A DNA stretch of 63,421 nucleotides, the filler included, from Streblomastix strix (Eukaryota): the NCBI GenBank assembly GCA_008636045.1. It is 4 parts of 4 records of this genome, joined end to end, with 100 filler letters (N's around TTAATTAATTAA, not from the genome) between each part and the next. Parts side by side here need not be neighbours in the genome. Positions count along the whole stretch, not along the records: positions 15,888 to 31,669 come from SNRW01000936.1; 3 more parts are not named here. One strand, written 5' to 3'. A program made the position numbers and the translations under genes. Below are positions 15,888-29,687 of this stretch, one piece after another. Below the pieces are notes generated by a model. That model saw nothing but the letters and a program-made list of their open reading frames with translations. It ran no database searches and was not told where the DNA came from. Each line of letters starts with the position of its first letter. The first letter of the stretch is position 1.

Positions 15888-16961
15888 TATTGAATTAATT
15901 AATTTGAATTAGATTAATGAGATTGGATTGGTATTATTGGTATGGGGATTGATGTAGATTACATTGAAGGTATATATTGACTTGCTGGTGAAGAATGTGG
16001 ACGATCATTAAGTTTAGGAATGAATATAGGATGTTGTGTTTATATATTCTCACTGATACTTCTAATTGGAATTGGTATCTCATTCATTTTCTATTGTAAT
16101 TACTATTACTACTGACTGGCCATAAATCCATATTCTTCGTTATTATCTATATCTTACCATGGGATACCTCCTTTATGAAGAGGTACTGCTGGTGCTTCAT
16201 GAATCTTTGCAAATATCCTCTTTCCACCAATCATTGTACCATTAAGTGCATTAACTGCTTGTACGGCCTCTTCATGCGAATCCATTCGCACAAATGCTGC
16301 TCCACGCGATTTTCCTTGCTTGTCTGCATTACAATTATAATATAAATAATAAATATCAGAATCAGTTAAAGAAAATAGAAGTGAATAAAACCGCGAAGCA
16401 TGTTCATGTTGATAACTCGTCCGAATTGAGAGAATATATCCACCAGTTACCAGTCTTCAAGCATTTCTCCGTAGTTCTGCACATAAACATTGGAGTCTCG
16501 CATACCAGGTGCAGGTTTACGCGAGTACCAGACCTTCAACCGCTTATTTCGCAACTACACCCCGTTACCATGCTCGATTGCTACAATGGCTTCTTGTGGA
16601 GTCGAGTATTCAATAAACCCATATCCAAGACACGACCGTGCTAAAAATGAAAAAGACGCCGTTGTAAGTCGTTAAATAAAACAAAAAAAAAGTTTCTTGG
16701 GCAAACTGCGCTTGTCGCGAATGACTTTTAGGTTAATGACTCGTCCAAAGGGCGCGAAGATTCGCATGACCTCATCATCTGTAGAGTTCTGCGGTAGAAA
16801 GTTGATGATGAGTCGGCGCGGACTTTCTGGGAAAAAAAAGCGTAATTTTCAGCGAGTAAAGCAGAAAAATGCTAATGCTTACCTAATCTGTCTGTTGGAA
16901 AGTCAGACAAATGTGTGTATCCGAGCGCAAATGTCACTGACTCGCTGCGTGTTGTGTGCAT
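15888..16961 (-). CDS. ELAV/HuR/Sex-lethal-like RNA-binding protein (two RRMs plus a P/Q/S-rich tail), 3 introns, 3'-truncated
   Basis: Spliced translation gives RLIINFLPQNSTDDEVMRIFAPFG...SCLGYGFIEY (RNP2/RNP1), then SNVYVQNY...SRGAAFVRM. ATG at 16961; GT-AG introns. Confidence 0.85.
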
Positions 16962-17104
16962 TCCGATTCTTACTTATAATTCCAATTTTTATCACAAAAA
17001 ATTTATTTATTATGGAGCTCTAAACTCTAATACTATATATTATTAAACCCTAGGAATAGCATGAATGAATGCAATCCTATCAACATTATAATTTGTCTCC
17101 TTCA

Positions 17105-17300
17105 ATTTAGCAGAACAACGATAGAATTGGTATTTCAATAACAATTACAATTTCATTAAGCACCTCTCTCACTTACCCAGCTGCGCAAATATCCTTTGAT
17201 GTTTAATGTCTAGAATCCTTATAATATTCATCAGTACCTTTATTTGGACATGGGCAATCTTCCTCCAATGTTCCAACAGCAACAGAACCACAGAAGAGAA
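17105..17300 (-). pseudogene. Remnant C-terminus of a Cys-motif (CPCP) surface protein with a GPI-type hydrophobic tail
   Basis: Reads CGSVAVGTLEEDCPCPNKGTDEYYKDSRHQTSKDICAAGQVREVLNEIVIVIEIPILSLFC. No upstream coding region found. Confidence 0.4.
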
Positions 17301-17496
17301 ATTTTTATTCTAATAATTCATCGAATAAATAGAAAATGAAGTCAATCAATAATAGATATAGTCGGTTGATCTCTTTATTGAGCTATTACCTCCTTAATGA
17401 ACAATTGAAGGCGAGTCTCCATTAAAATGAAGTGAATGAAATGAAGTGTATGAATACAATAAATAACTGCTTGCTCATCCATTAAAAGCATGAAAC

Positions 17497-18370
17497 TCAC
17501 TTTGACTTGCGTTTAGGCTTCTTTGTCCTGACAGTATACCCATATCTCGTTGTAATCAGATGATATGCTTCTTATCCTGACTCTGTTACAGTAATTTCTC
17601 CAGCAACACCAGGTTGTATTTCATCAACAACTTTCTTCCTTGGCCTTGGATTGTATTTCTTTAATTATTTTTTAAATGCAACAATTTCCTTATGTGTCAT
17701 CATTTCGCATTCTCTCAGTTGTTTGCAACACAAACAATTGAATCTTCTCAGTATATTAATGTACTTATATGATTACCCATATAACCATCTCTTTTATTTT
17801 AACTGCATTTCTCGTTTCTTTTTGAGTCTCCGCTATTAACCAGATTTTGTCTCAAAGTAGGCATATTTTTAATCAGGGGGTCCACTGCAAGATAAACTTG
17901 TTTTGCTTATTTTTCTGATATATCTTCTTTTTCCATTCGAATATTTACGATATTCTTCGATTTTCTTTTCATAATCAGGACCATCCAATACTGTGTCTTT
18001 CATTTCAGTGCACTTCTTGATTTCTTCTTTGGACCACAGCTCCTTTCTGTGGTAATCTTCAAAATGCTGATATTCAGGTGCATATTGATATATTTATTGC
18101 TTATATAGCCAACCTACGATCCCTCTTCTATATAGCATGAACGGGAAAAAGAAATTCTCCTAAACTTACTCAATTGATTCATTATAAGAACATATTAGAA
18201 TCCCGTCTCTATTTAGAGTGATATTAGGTCCATTTTTGTATAATATATCTCCTTTATATTTCAATTTTCGTGTTTCAATATAACCTAAATATTGAAAAAA
18301 CGGTGGATAAAATGATGTAACACGTGATATATGTTTTGTGTGCTAATGAAAAGCAATTATTTAAAGAAAT
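17497..18370 (-). CDS. Hypothetical basic protein or repeat-element remnant
   Basis: About 290 codons free of TGA under TAA/TAG=Gln, ending ...YGYTVRTKKPKRKSK*. No recognisable motif. Confidence 0.35.
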
Positions 18371-18976
18371 ATTCAGCCAGGAAGAAAAAATGCCAAGAGC
18401 GCAAACGAATTACAATATGAAAGATATTAATATATAAGAATATGTTTTAAAATGAGTAAATATTTATAAATTAGGAAAAATTAGTGACATCTACAAACCT
18501 CTTCTTCAATAAAAGGCACAACAAAATTATTTACTTAGTTGTGGTTAATTCCTGCATTCCGTGGCGTTATTTGCTTATTGGATATAAATTAAGTGCCTAA
18601 ATGCTACTTGTTTTAGAATCTGATAAAGGGAGGTGGATCTATATATCCTACATATGTCTCAACTTACATTTCAAATTTTTATGATAATTTAAGGGTAACC
18701 AAAGAGAATCAAATTCTAACATCTACATTAAATTTTTATTTATTTATTTATAAGAATTATTTTGCAATATATGTTTTCTATTAAATAGACTTCGTTTCAC
18801 AAAAAAGAACTCGTTATTCACAAAAAAGTTTAACGAAAAATGAAACAAATATATAACTGAGTATAAGACTAAAAATATGCAAAGATATAAATTGCAAAAA
18901 TTATAACTGAAGATATGATTAAAAAAAGAAAAAGAAATAAAAATTAAAAGTAAAAATCTACAGATATTTCCATTTT

Positions 18977-21900
18977 TCATTGAATTGAACAATATTTTTT
19001 CCAGGTTGTTCCATATTCATATGCATGAGTATTTTCTCCCTGCTTTGCTGTTGGCGTTGAAAGATACTCAAATTTATTGATCTTGAATTAAGTGTTCAAA
19101 TTCCAACAGTAAGCCTATATATTAGTAAATAAATAATTAAATAATTAAAACTATAATGGAAAAATGATTAATAGAATAATACTTATTAAATTATTTACAT
19201 TACTAGTTCATATATAATAATATAACATCATTTACATGCCCAAAATCTCACTACTTATGGAATATTCGTGACATAATTTGGTTGCTCTTCATCATTCACA
19301 AAAAATGTGAGTGTACGAGGATTTGAATCCATATTCAACTGATATAAATAAAGTGATTAATTAATAATATAATAAATGAAACTATCACTAATAATTTATT
19401 AATAGTTATATATACTCTTCTCAAATTTTAATAAATAAATAATCCATCTCAAATAAACAAACCTCCATTGCAACATTTTATTATGCAAAAATGAATGGCT
19501 AATTCCCAACGACCCAATTTCCACCATTATGACCAATATCTCCCCTATGTTGATATTAATATATATAATATATAGATAATATATAAGATAATAGAATTAT
19601 AATAGAAATACAAATACATGTATATTACAAGAGTATTAATATATATAAATAGTATCAATATATATGAATAATTTATATATATTAAAAAGGATTAATTAAT
19701 TAATAATAATAATGAATACATTTTTCTATAGTAGACAATCTTCTCCCATCCTCGTGCATGAGGATTCTCGCCTTTCTCAAAGCGCACAGATTCATCTGCA
19801 ATTCCTACTCCTGTTTTATACATTGAATGAATTATATTTAGTAAGATAAATTAATTACAATAAAAATATGGCAAAAATTTTATATCATAAAAACTAAATC
19901 AATAATTAATTATATAATAATAATAAATAACCTTCCATATCATATGCATTGATAATCTCTATTCTCACAATTCCACTGCTGATAACTGGATCAAATAATA
20001 CAGTAGTTCGACTAATAGACATTGAATGGGTAAATAATGCACCATCCTATTTCATTATATCAAGAACTGAACTACTTAAAGTGGAATAGTCAATTTAATC
20101 TATAGATATATATAATTATATAACACAATTTTTAGAAATATAAATATTTAATTAATTAGATTAATATTTATCATTAATTGGGTAATTTTTAATTATCTTT
20201 CAATACTTTATTTTGTCAAAGAAGATTTCATGCTTCCTTGTCCAGAACTTATCTATGGATTAATTTGTACTTGTCCTTATTAATGTTAATGTGAAGTATT
20301 TGCAAGTAGATTTTGAAGTCTTTCAATTTCTAATGCTTATTCATCAGCCTTCTTTTATATGACTTCAGATTTCTTTTATGCAACTTCGAAATCTTTTTCT
20401 TTCTCAAGTTGCATTCTCAGATACATATTAATGGTGCTTTGGTTCATAATCTATTTGGTTGTTGGACGTTTGGAATAATCCTTATTATATATTAATATAA
20501 ATATTTATAATTAAAAAATAATTAAGAAATAATAAAAATTAATATATAATAATAAAATAATTGAAATTAAATAATAAAATAATATATTATAATATAATTT
20601 AATAAATAATAATAAACTAATAAATATGCATACAACATCAATCATTGATTCAACGAGTTCCTTCAAATCCTTTGGTACAAAATCAGGTAATTAATCATAT
20701 GATCCTTTCTTAATTCTCTCAACAATAGAATGTTCATTATTAGCAAAGAAAGGATGTTTTCCAGTTAGTAATTCAGCTGCAATAATTCCACACGAAAAGA
20801 TGTCTGAAAGGAAATCGCATCTTAATAATTGTTATAATTATGATAAAAAGTTAAAAAGTAAAAAAAAAATAAATTGAATAATTAAATTAATAATAATATT
20901 AAAAATTATCAATTATTTCAATTATTCATTTATTTATTCAAACTTTTTCGTCAACCATACTTCAGATGCCATATAAACCCTGTAATATAAATAATTAAAT
21001 AAACAAAATAAAGTTTATAACAAAATAAAGTTGTTAATTAAGTGATATATTAATCTATAATAATCATACATAGTCCCTGCAAATGTGGCATAATCCTTCT
21101 CATCCAACTGTTTTGCAAGACCAAAATCACCTGAAAAATAAAATATAATAAAATAAAAAAGAATCAGAAATAATAAAATGAAATTTTAAATATTTGAATA
21201 TAAATTCATATAAAAATTATTATATTTATTCATATAAACAATTATACATAATCAAACCAAGACGAACAGAACCATCAGAATTGACAAAGATATTCTCTGG
21301 TTTAATGTCTCGATGGACAACGTTGTTGGTGTGCAGATGATCAAGAGAACGAGTTATTTGACTAACAATTGCCCATACACGCTAATGAATATAGAAATAT
21401 ATTATTATATTAAACATACAATAATTAAATAGAATTAGAATAATTATAACTATTATTAATATGATTATTTGCTGTTTTCTATATCTAATATAATATTAAT
21501 CACAATAAACCATCACTCTTTCAGGTTCAGGCAACTTCTACAACTCAGTAATCATCTTTCTGAGGTCTCCACCTTAACAAAGCTCCATTACTATGCACAT
21601 ATCAACATCAAATTGAAAAGAACATATGAGACGAACCTTAATATTATATAATTATATATGTATAAAAATATATGATTAATTACATTGAAAACAGATTAAA
21701 ATGAATAAATTTTATATTAAGTTCTTAATTTTTAATTAACAAATACAGTGAATTTTGATTCCAATCTTTTCATCTGGTCAATCTCCAATTGAACCCGCGC
21801 TTTGTCTTCATCTGACAGAAATTCTTCCTTCTTCATAGCAAGAAGTTCTTATGTTGCCAACAATTCAACAACGTATGTCCTACCCTGAGATCCATGACCA

Positions 21901-22000
21901 AGTTTCTTCTTGATTTTAACTAATACATGAAGTTGAATATAAAATAAGGAAATAATTGAATTTGCATACAGTCGTTATATCCAATATTAGATAATGTCAT
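18977..22000 (-). CDS. NEK-like Ser/Thr protein kinase with coiled coil and C-terminal SPRY/B30.2-like domain; many introns
   Basis: ATG at 22000. Motifs LGHGSQG, AMKK, HRDIKPEN, DFG, DIFSCG. The C-terminal exons read FDPVISSGIVRIE...NMDSNPRTLTFFVNDEEQPNYV. TGA at 18977. Confidence 0.85.
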
Positions 22001-22686
22001 TTTGCTCTGAAAACAAGTCCAAACACAATAAATAAGTTAATATAGAAGTTGGCATTTGATTTAAAGTTTAAATTATTGAATTATTGTAGAAATTTTGCGA
22101 TTTAAGATATTTTCTGGTTGGATCTTAAAAATGCAAATTGTTTTATAATTTATATATAACATAATTATAATAAAAAATAAAAAATATTTAAATTATAATA
22201 ATTAATCTGGAAAGAGAATATCGTTGAAAAATTATTTCTTTCGCAACTTCGTATAGCGCAGATAAATAGGCTTAGTAATTAATCAATGCTTTGTGTGGCA
22301 AAGATGCGTTTTGAATTTTGATAGACACGGCTATCTCCGCTCATCTAATAAAAACTTAGAGTAGTAAAAAATAGTAAATCTTTTTTAAATTTGAGTAATA
22401 ACTAAAAAATAACATTCTAACATTTTTATTTAAAATATAATATTTAGTTGTAATAAATAAATTTTATTATACATAAATATTATATAAAATCTCGAGCATA
22501 ATGAGCAAGAACAGAGCGTTTTTAAATGAATAAGGTTAAACTCAAAGTAAATAGAATTGTTTATTTATTATAGTTAATAGACATAATATATTTATGTATT
22601 TGAACAAATTAGATAACAATATGCGCATACAAAACAATGATTCAAATTATTCAGAAATGTAATTAATAGAACTTTGATGTTTTAGC

Positions 22687-23726
22687 TCACCATTGAACTG
22701 CAACTTATTTTGGAACTTGTTTAGAAGTTGGATCCATTAGTTACTTCAATGACAAAATGGTGCAAGAAGACTCAGCATAATTCATGCTTACCTAACAGAT
22801 TAATTTAATAACAATAAAGTTATTAATCAAATAAATAATTTTATTTTCATACAATGAATCTCACTTTCTCTTTTATTCCAGACAAGTAAACTGGTTATTG
22901 AACATTGTCTATAAATAAGATCAATGTTCCTTTAAATGAATCAAATTCAACTCTCAAGATCTGACTGTCTTTGAATCTGTCATTGCCATAAGTTCCTTTT
23001 CCTTTATACCAAACTGGATATCCATATATTCTAAATTTTTAAAATGATTTAATGAATTATATTTTATTGAATAAATAATTTATTTGTTCAAACCCGGAAC
23101 AGAAGGCAGCAATATGATCAGTATCTAAATATTAAAATAAATAATAAATTTAATAAATAAACAAAAAATAGATAAGCAAACGAGGGTTATCCCAATAATT
23201 AGCATTTGCAGGAATATCATATGAATCTCGAACAATTCCAATTGCTGAATAAGAAAATAATTAGAAAATAAATAATAAAAAGTATAATTTAAAACCAGCA
23301 ATTCCATATGTATTCTAGAACATAACTTCTAAAGACCAAATCCCATTATCAAGAACCTGAACTAATGAGATTGTGTAATATCCATATTTCTTCAAATTTA
23401 TCTTCTTCTGGACACCATCAATATCAATCAATTCAACACAATCAGGTTCTTTATTGATGATATCAACTGGATAATCTGAATTAAATGAAATAGAACAAAA
23501 TATGACCTATTAAAAATAATAAATTATTTTAATCTTTATTTATACTTAATTATTCCACTATTCTGATGAATCGGTTGTGTTTAATCAGTCTGTGCGTCTT
23601 CGTACACACACACAAGAACTGAACTGCGTTTGGAATTAGTCTAAATTCCAATAATAACTCAAGCATGATGTCTGGTCCAAGTCCAGGTAATCCTCCAATT
23701 ACGTTGTATTCTTTTGGAACTGCCAT
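22687..23726 (-). CDS. F-box-like N-terminus plus SPRY/B30.2-like domain protein (intron-containing)
   Basis: N-terminus LPGLGPDIMLELLLEFRLIPNAVQFLCVCTKTHRL is F-box-like. Later exons GIWSLEVMF, AIGIV, ILRVEFDSFKGTLILFIDNVQQP are SPRY-like. TGA at 22687. Confidence 0.65.
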
Positions 23727-24487
23727 TGGAGTGATTCTGAATATAAAATAATAAAATAAAAGAGAAATTAAAAAATTTTAGGTCATTAAATACTGAAAAT
23801 TAGAAAATAAACTAAAAATTAAAATAAAATATAAATATTTATTACTAGATTAAAAAATAAAATAAAAATTTTCATATATTGAAAAATGTTTGCGTATAAT
23901 AAGAAATATCGCAAAATAATATAATAATTTGTATATAATCTATAATTTTAATAAAAATGAAATAATTTTTATGTATTAATAATAAATAAGGAAGGAGAAA
24001 ATTGAATAAGAATAACATTCCTTCTGTCACAAGGTATTTGAGTTAAAAGATATAATAATTGTAGATTTGGCGATCATAATATAATTTTTATTAGTTAAAT
24101 AACTAGCAGAAATAAGTAGAAACCGAGAAACAATTCTTTTTGATACTTAATACATCAAAGTAATATTAAAGATATTTTTAAAATTACCATTATCATGTAT
24201 TAATTATTATAATAAAATACAAATTCTTTTCGGTTTATAATGCTATTAAGCTTTTTATTATTGTTATTACATGAGAATTTTGTATGAAACTCTGATTTGC
24301 TATATTAAATACATTATTTCAATAGTCACTATATATAAAAACAGTGATATGGACTAAGTATGACTAATTAAACACATTCATGATATAAAACTCATTTATC
24401 TTGGCAGAAGCCCATAATCTACATCTATATTAAAACTCTACTCAAATAAACATTGCAATAACTGGAAGTACCATTTCACAGTCCCAT

Positions 24488-25585
24488 TCATAACAAAACA
24501 GCGACTAATGGAAGTACCATCACAGCTACAACAGCACTCCATGTTATACGTACCACACTCGCACTATCTGGATCATCACCTTTAGGTTTATCATCATCTT
24601 TATCACCAGGTATTGGATCATCTTCCTCAGGTAGATCAAAGAATACCACATTTCCATATATAAGGGACTGCTCACCTTCTTCTCTGATGAATGGAATTTT
24701 TCCAAGGCTCATTACACCAGAAGGTATATTTGACTCAATTTCTGTAGTAGCGATTATCCATCCGTCCTAATCCCACCCAATAATAATACCAAGAGTAAAG
24801 TCATATGGCTACGCAGATCCTTACTTGAAATATTCTATATCCGCTCTCACAGGACCAAAACGTGTAAGAAACTTCTTTACATATTCAACTGTGCCATCCT
24901 ATATACGTCCAATCTTAAAACCAGTCAAATGATTCTCTATTGGACTTGAATCAGCGCAAGTTGTAGGTGCTACAGGGAGTAAGGTTTCTTCTGGTGCACC
25001 TTCCTTTCCAGGTAATACAACATCGTTATTGGGAACGCATTCATCAGATACAAGTCCTTTTAGTTGGAATGAATAGAGTATTGCTTCATAAAAAGCAGCG
25101 CAGCCAACACCATTCTATATTTCTCTTTCTGGTGGTTAGCCACCAACACTCACAGCGTCTTCGTACCACTTCTGTGGCATAGTCTCCAGGATGTACACAA
25201 CTGACGGTGCGATGTCAATTTCTTTTTTCCCATAAACATACGCAGCATAGCCAAGCAATTGGTAGAAATACTGTGTGTAGAAGTAGCGAATCGCATCACA
25301 ATTCTAAAGACTTTCTCCAGCCTACAATGTCGTCTTAAGGGTAGGAAATTCTTCTTCTTCAATAAGACTGAAACTTGCCAAAGTTTCATTCTCTCCAACT
25401 TTCAATAGCGGGAAATCATTAATGTTGTGGGGTTCGCTTCCTTCAAGGGTTAAAAGTACAGTGCCATTATCACGTAATACTGGTTTGTAATTATAGAATG
25501 TTGGTGTGTCACCTAAGGCATTTGGAATAATCTTGCCAAAAGAGAAATATTGCAGCGCCAAAAAGAGAATCAATTTGCAGAATAA
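24488..25585 (-). CDS. Papain-family (cathepsin B-like) protein lacking catalytic residues, with signal peptide and GPI-type C-terminus
   Basis: Continuous frame with TAR=Gln: LILFLALQYFSFG...QNCDAIRYF...GLVSDECVP...CADSSPI...FGPV...LGIIIGWDQDGWIIA...SASVVRITWSAVVAVMVLPLVAVLL*. Start codon not located. Confidence 0.65.
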
Positions 25586-26180
25586 CCTATATTAAATTAA
25601 ATTTTAAAAATAGTTAAATAAATTAGTAAATGACGACAAAATAGCTATTATATTTCGTAAATTTCTACTTTTTTAATTTTTGCAAGACAGAATTGTTAAA
25701 TGATAATGCTATTTTGATAAAATAAAATTGCATAATAACGTATAAGAGAAACTACTATATTGCGATAATCATGCATGTCTGCTCGCCGAGTTAAGAATTA
25801 ACGGATCCATTCTGTCAAAAAAATAGTTTAAAAATCCAGAATTATAGTTCAAAAACACAATTCTTAATATTAATTCCATATAAAATAAAATAAATATTTT
25901 TTTACTATCATATATTAAATGTAATCTATACAGCAACACAGATAAACTCTTCCAAAAAATTAATTGTTAGTTTTTTTTATGTATAGGTGAATATATTTGA
26001 TATAATTCCTTTTTCAAATATATAAAATTATTATATTATGAATAATTTTTACCATTATTCACATTTTTATTTTAGAAAATGTATAAATAATCAAAATATA
26101 CGTTTTATTGTCCAACACCTAATTTCTCGATATTTTTTTAATATTTTTTAATTCTCGTTTTATCAAAACTTTCAATAGAT

Positions 26181-29100
26181 ATGTCTCTTGTAGTAAGCAG
26201 ACTTACATACTTCGTTTTCATTGGTGGCGTTGAAGCAGCATCGTGTTAACAATTCATCAAATCCAACAAAATCACGCATATCGTAAATTGCGCTGGTTCC
26301 CACGTTTCTAATTATTTCACACTCGATGATATTCATTATCTGACATTCTATATTCTCGACTAAGATTCCGATATGTTCTTCGATAATGGAACAGGCAATG
26401 CGAAGAATTTGTGCACTTTCATAGATTCGGCCTAAGAAGAGTGTGGAAATGTGCTTATCCACTCCGTACTTGGCAAGAACAGGTCCTTATTAGTTGCTGC
26501 TGTGTATTTAATGGCGAAATATCACTGGAAATCCTCAGATGCCATTTCAGCTGTGTCATAAAGCCGCAGATCACGAATGCGAAATTTCTTTGAAGATTAA
26601 TTGAATAATTTCGAATCATCAGTTTCACTTCTCAAAATAACTCCATCTATAATAGAAGAAGATATAACAATTAGAAATACATACTTCAACAAAGAACTGC
26701 GCCTAGAAGTGTCACCATTTTGGCCTGCAACGAACCAGAAGGTCAATATTTCTCTATAAACATAAGAAATAGTTGAAAATCCAATAGTTCAACCAATGAA
26801 CTAAATCAAGTAACAAATAATTAAATAAGGTATATTGAAGCACCCCCGAAAGAAGAGAATATTCAATCCTATCAAAGATAAGAAAGGTATAGAGAAACAA
26901 GTTATGCAGTTGCATCTACCACTGACACAATCACAGATCGCATTTATGAGAGTCTCATAGAGGCTGATTCTGTCAACAAAGATTGTCAATACGTGCGGAT
27001 AGACTCAAAATGAGACAAAAGATGATTTTGCTTCATCGACGCTGCTTAGTTGGCTGGACGAATCTGTTGATGGGCTAAATAGGACAAACAAAGCATCAAA
27101 TAACTCAAATTCAAATTCAAATTCAAAAAACTCAAATTCAAATTCAAATTCAAAGAGGTTGTCTAAATTATAGTCGCAGATGGAGCCGATTAATTCGAGA
27201 ATCAGCGCCACATCCTGCGCAATAGCTCCATCAGCACCTGGATTAGGCCTTCCTCAAAAAGCGCCTGAATTAACTGATACAGTTCCAATGATCGATGCTT
27301 TCCAGTCATGCCAGACGCTTAGTGATGTTGAACTGGTGTGTTTTCTTGAAGAGGTTAATTATTGGAATTCGATGCAGTTTGATTCTGCGAGTAAACTGGA
27401 TTCTGAAGTTGATAAAGAATTGATGGATGTTGATGATATTGATGATAATAGCAACAGCGATGATGAAAATCATTCAATAATCTAAGCTGAGTAATAAAAG
27501 AAATCAAACACAACATAAAATAAAATATCAAATTCATCAAAAATTAACAACCCAAATAATAACATACAAAAGAATCCAGCAAATTAACCTCCAACATTAT
27601 AGCTTAATTTATCTGATAATTAGGCTTCTATTAATATTGGAGCATAAAGCACAGTTAGATCAATCAATCGTTTGAATAACAGAGCCAAAAGAATATTCAA
27701 TAAACTTCAATAAAACAGAGATAAATAAAACTAGAATTAAAGATCTGATGAATAAACAAATACGCAATTTCAACTTTCATAACACGATATTAAATATATT
27801 AATTGGAATCAGCATAACCAACGTAAATTAGAAAAGGTTAAAGCAAAAGAAGCTCTATTAAGAGAATAGTAAGAATTGAGTAATTAATAAATTTCGATTT
27901 AAAATTAAAATTCGCCAAAATTACCAGAAATTCCCAAATCCGGTACAATTAAATCACTCGAATTATCCCCTGAACACATTTCGGACACAAATCAAAAACT
28001 AACTCCAATTTAGAACCAACATTTACTAAATACATACGTAAGTCCATCTAAATTTAGTTAGAGTAGTTTACAATCAGAAGATTAATAGCAATCTTCAATT
28101 TCTTATATAGAATTACTCCTAACTCCTCCATAGGCAAATAAATAATCTCTATTTGTTTCTCAATAATTATCACCAGATTAAAACATCTAATAATCACAAT
28201 AGGTCTTTTCACCTTCTATTTAATCATTATAATCAATTTAATCAATTTCAGATACATCTTCATCTCCAATTGATATAATAGGGGATATGTCCATTATTTC
28301 TTCTCCAGATCAAAATGTATAGAATTCAAATAATATTTCTCCATCTTCTTCTCCTGATTAAATATCTCCAATTTTTATTGTTCCTAAATAGTCTTCAAGT
28401 ATACAACCTGTTATACCAATTAGGAAATACCAGACAAAAGATGTACGTAAAGTTGTTAAATCAAATCCTTCTTCAAATAATACACTAACAAGAAATAACA
28501 CTTTATCAAGAAATAATTAATAAAATAAATCTATTAATGTATTACAGCCAAAACCCAAACTTCCAATTAACAATAAGCACGAATAAATACCAAATGAACA
28601 AACAGTAATAAATAGTCAAATTATCAAAGCATAATCTGAATAACAAATTTCACCTTCGTCTTAAATACAAATCAATGAAACAGCTTCTCTTCCTATGATC
28701 TCAAATCAGAATCAGAACATACCAGTCACTCCTCAGTAATTATAAACTCCAAATGGGTCACCGATTCCAAATACTGAATTTGCTACATAAATTCCAGCAG
28801 AACCTCCAGTTGATATTTTTATTAATTCAGATTTCAATGTTCTCTTAATACCCAATACAAAACCACCGCAATAAGTGGCTTTGGAGTTCGATATATTGTT
28901 GGAGGATGACATTGAAGATGAAGATGAAAATTTACTTGAAAAGAAAAACATTAATAATAATAATAATAACAACAATCAATAAAAAGACATTGAAGGATCT
29001 AATACTACAGAAAGCTCCATTTAACCAACCAGTTCATATAACAATTTACAATCCCCATTAATCCAATAATCCATTCAATACGCGAATAGAAACTTCCATT

Positions 29101-29687
29101 CGTCTCCAGACATCCCCAATACTCGAAATAGCAAATAATAATCTCCTAGATAAAGCCTCATTAAGAAATCACCATCTTAATTGAGCCCATTACAAACATC
29201 TCCCAACAGCATCTCCCCACGAAGCCCCAAAAGACAAATAGGCTCAAAACAGCAGCAGAAACGGAATCCGTCACCTCACCAAGCGGCAAACTCAAATATT
29301 CCTCCATAAAACAGCTTTTTAATTTCTCCTCATAGTTCACCTCCTAATAAAAATCAGTTAATTAGACAGGGAAATACTCAGCCTAATGACACAACGCATA
29401 ATCAGAACCAAGCTCTACAGGTGCCACATTAAATATATTAGCCTGTTCAAACAGCTAACTCACAGCATAAATATCGCCAAACACAAACATAGGCATAAAA
29501 CCAGACATAAAACCAGACATAAAACCAGACATAAAATCGATTCTCTTCAGCGCAGTAATAATATAGACAACCGTCCCCTCAGAAGAGAAGCAGTATTATA
29601 GCTGGGAGCTCTGGTTAGATTCCTGTTTAGGCTTAATTGGTCTCAACTCCAAATAGCAAAGATCTGGCTCATAGGAATAAAGTATGA
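26181..29687 (+). CDS. Dual-specificity phosphatase-like (pseudophosphatase, HSxxGxxRS) with a ~1000-aa low-complexity S/P/Q/N tail
   Basis: ATG at 26181: VFIGGVEAAS...ITHIVNCAG...GNVLIHSVLGKNRSLLVAAVYLM. Same frame as track ORF 27180..27485; in-frame TGA at 29685-29687. Confidence 0.8.
29494..29536 (+). repeat. 12-bp tandem repeat (CATAAAACCAGA) x ~3.5, coding TQNQ
   Basis: Directly visible within the phosphatase-like CDS. Confidence 0.85.

Noticed and set aside
16294..17023. Plus-strand ORFs of 116, 61 and 108 aa
   Set aside because: Antisense to the spliced RRM gene.
26172..26593. Track ORFs 26172..26462(-) and 26411..26593(+)
   Set aside because: Antisense and off-frame shadows of the phosphatase-like domain.
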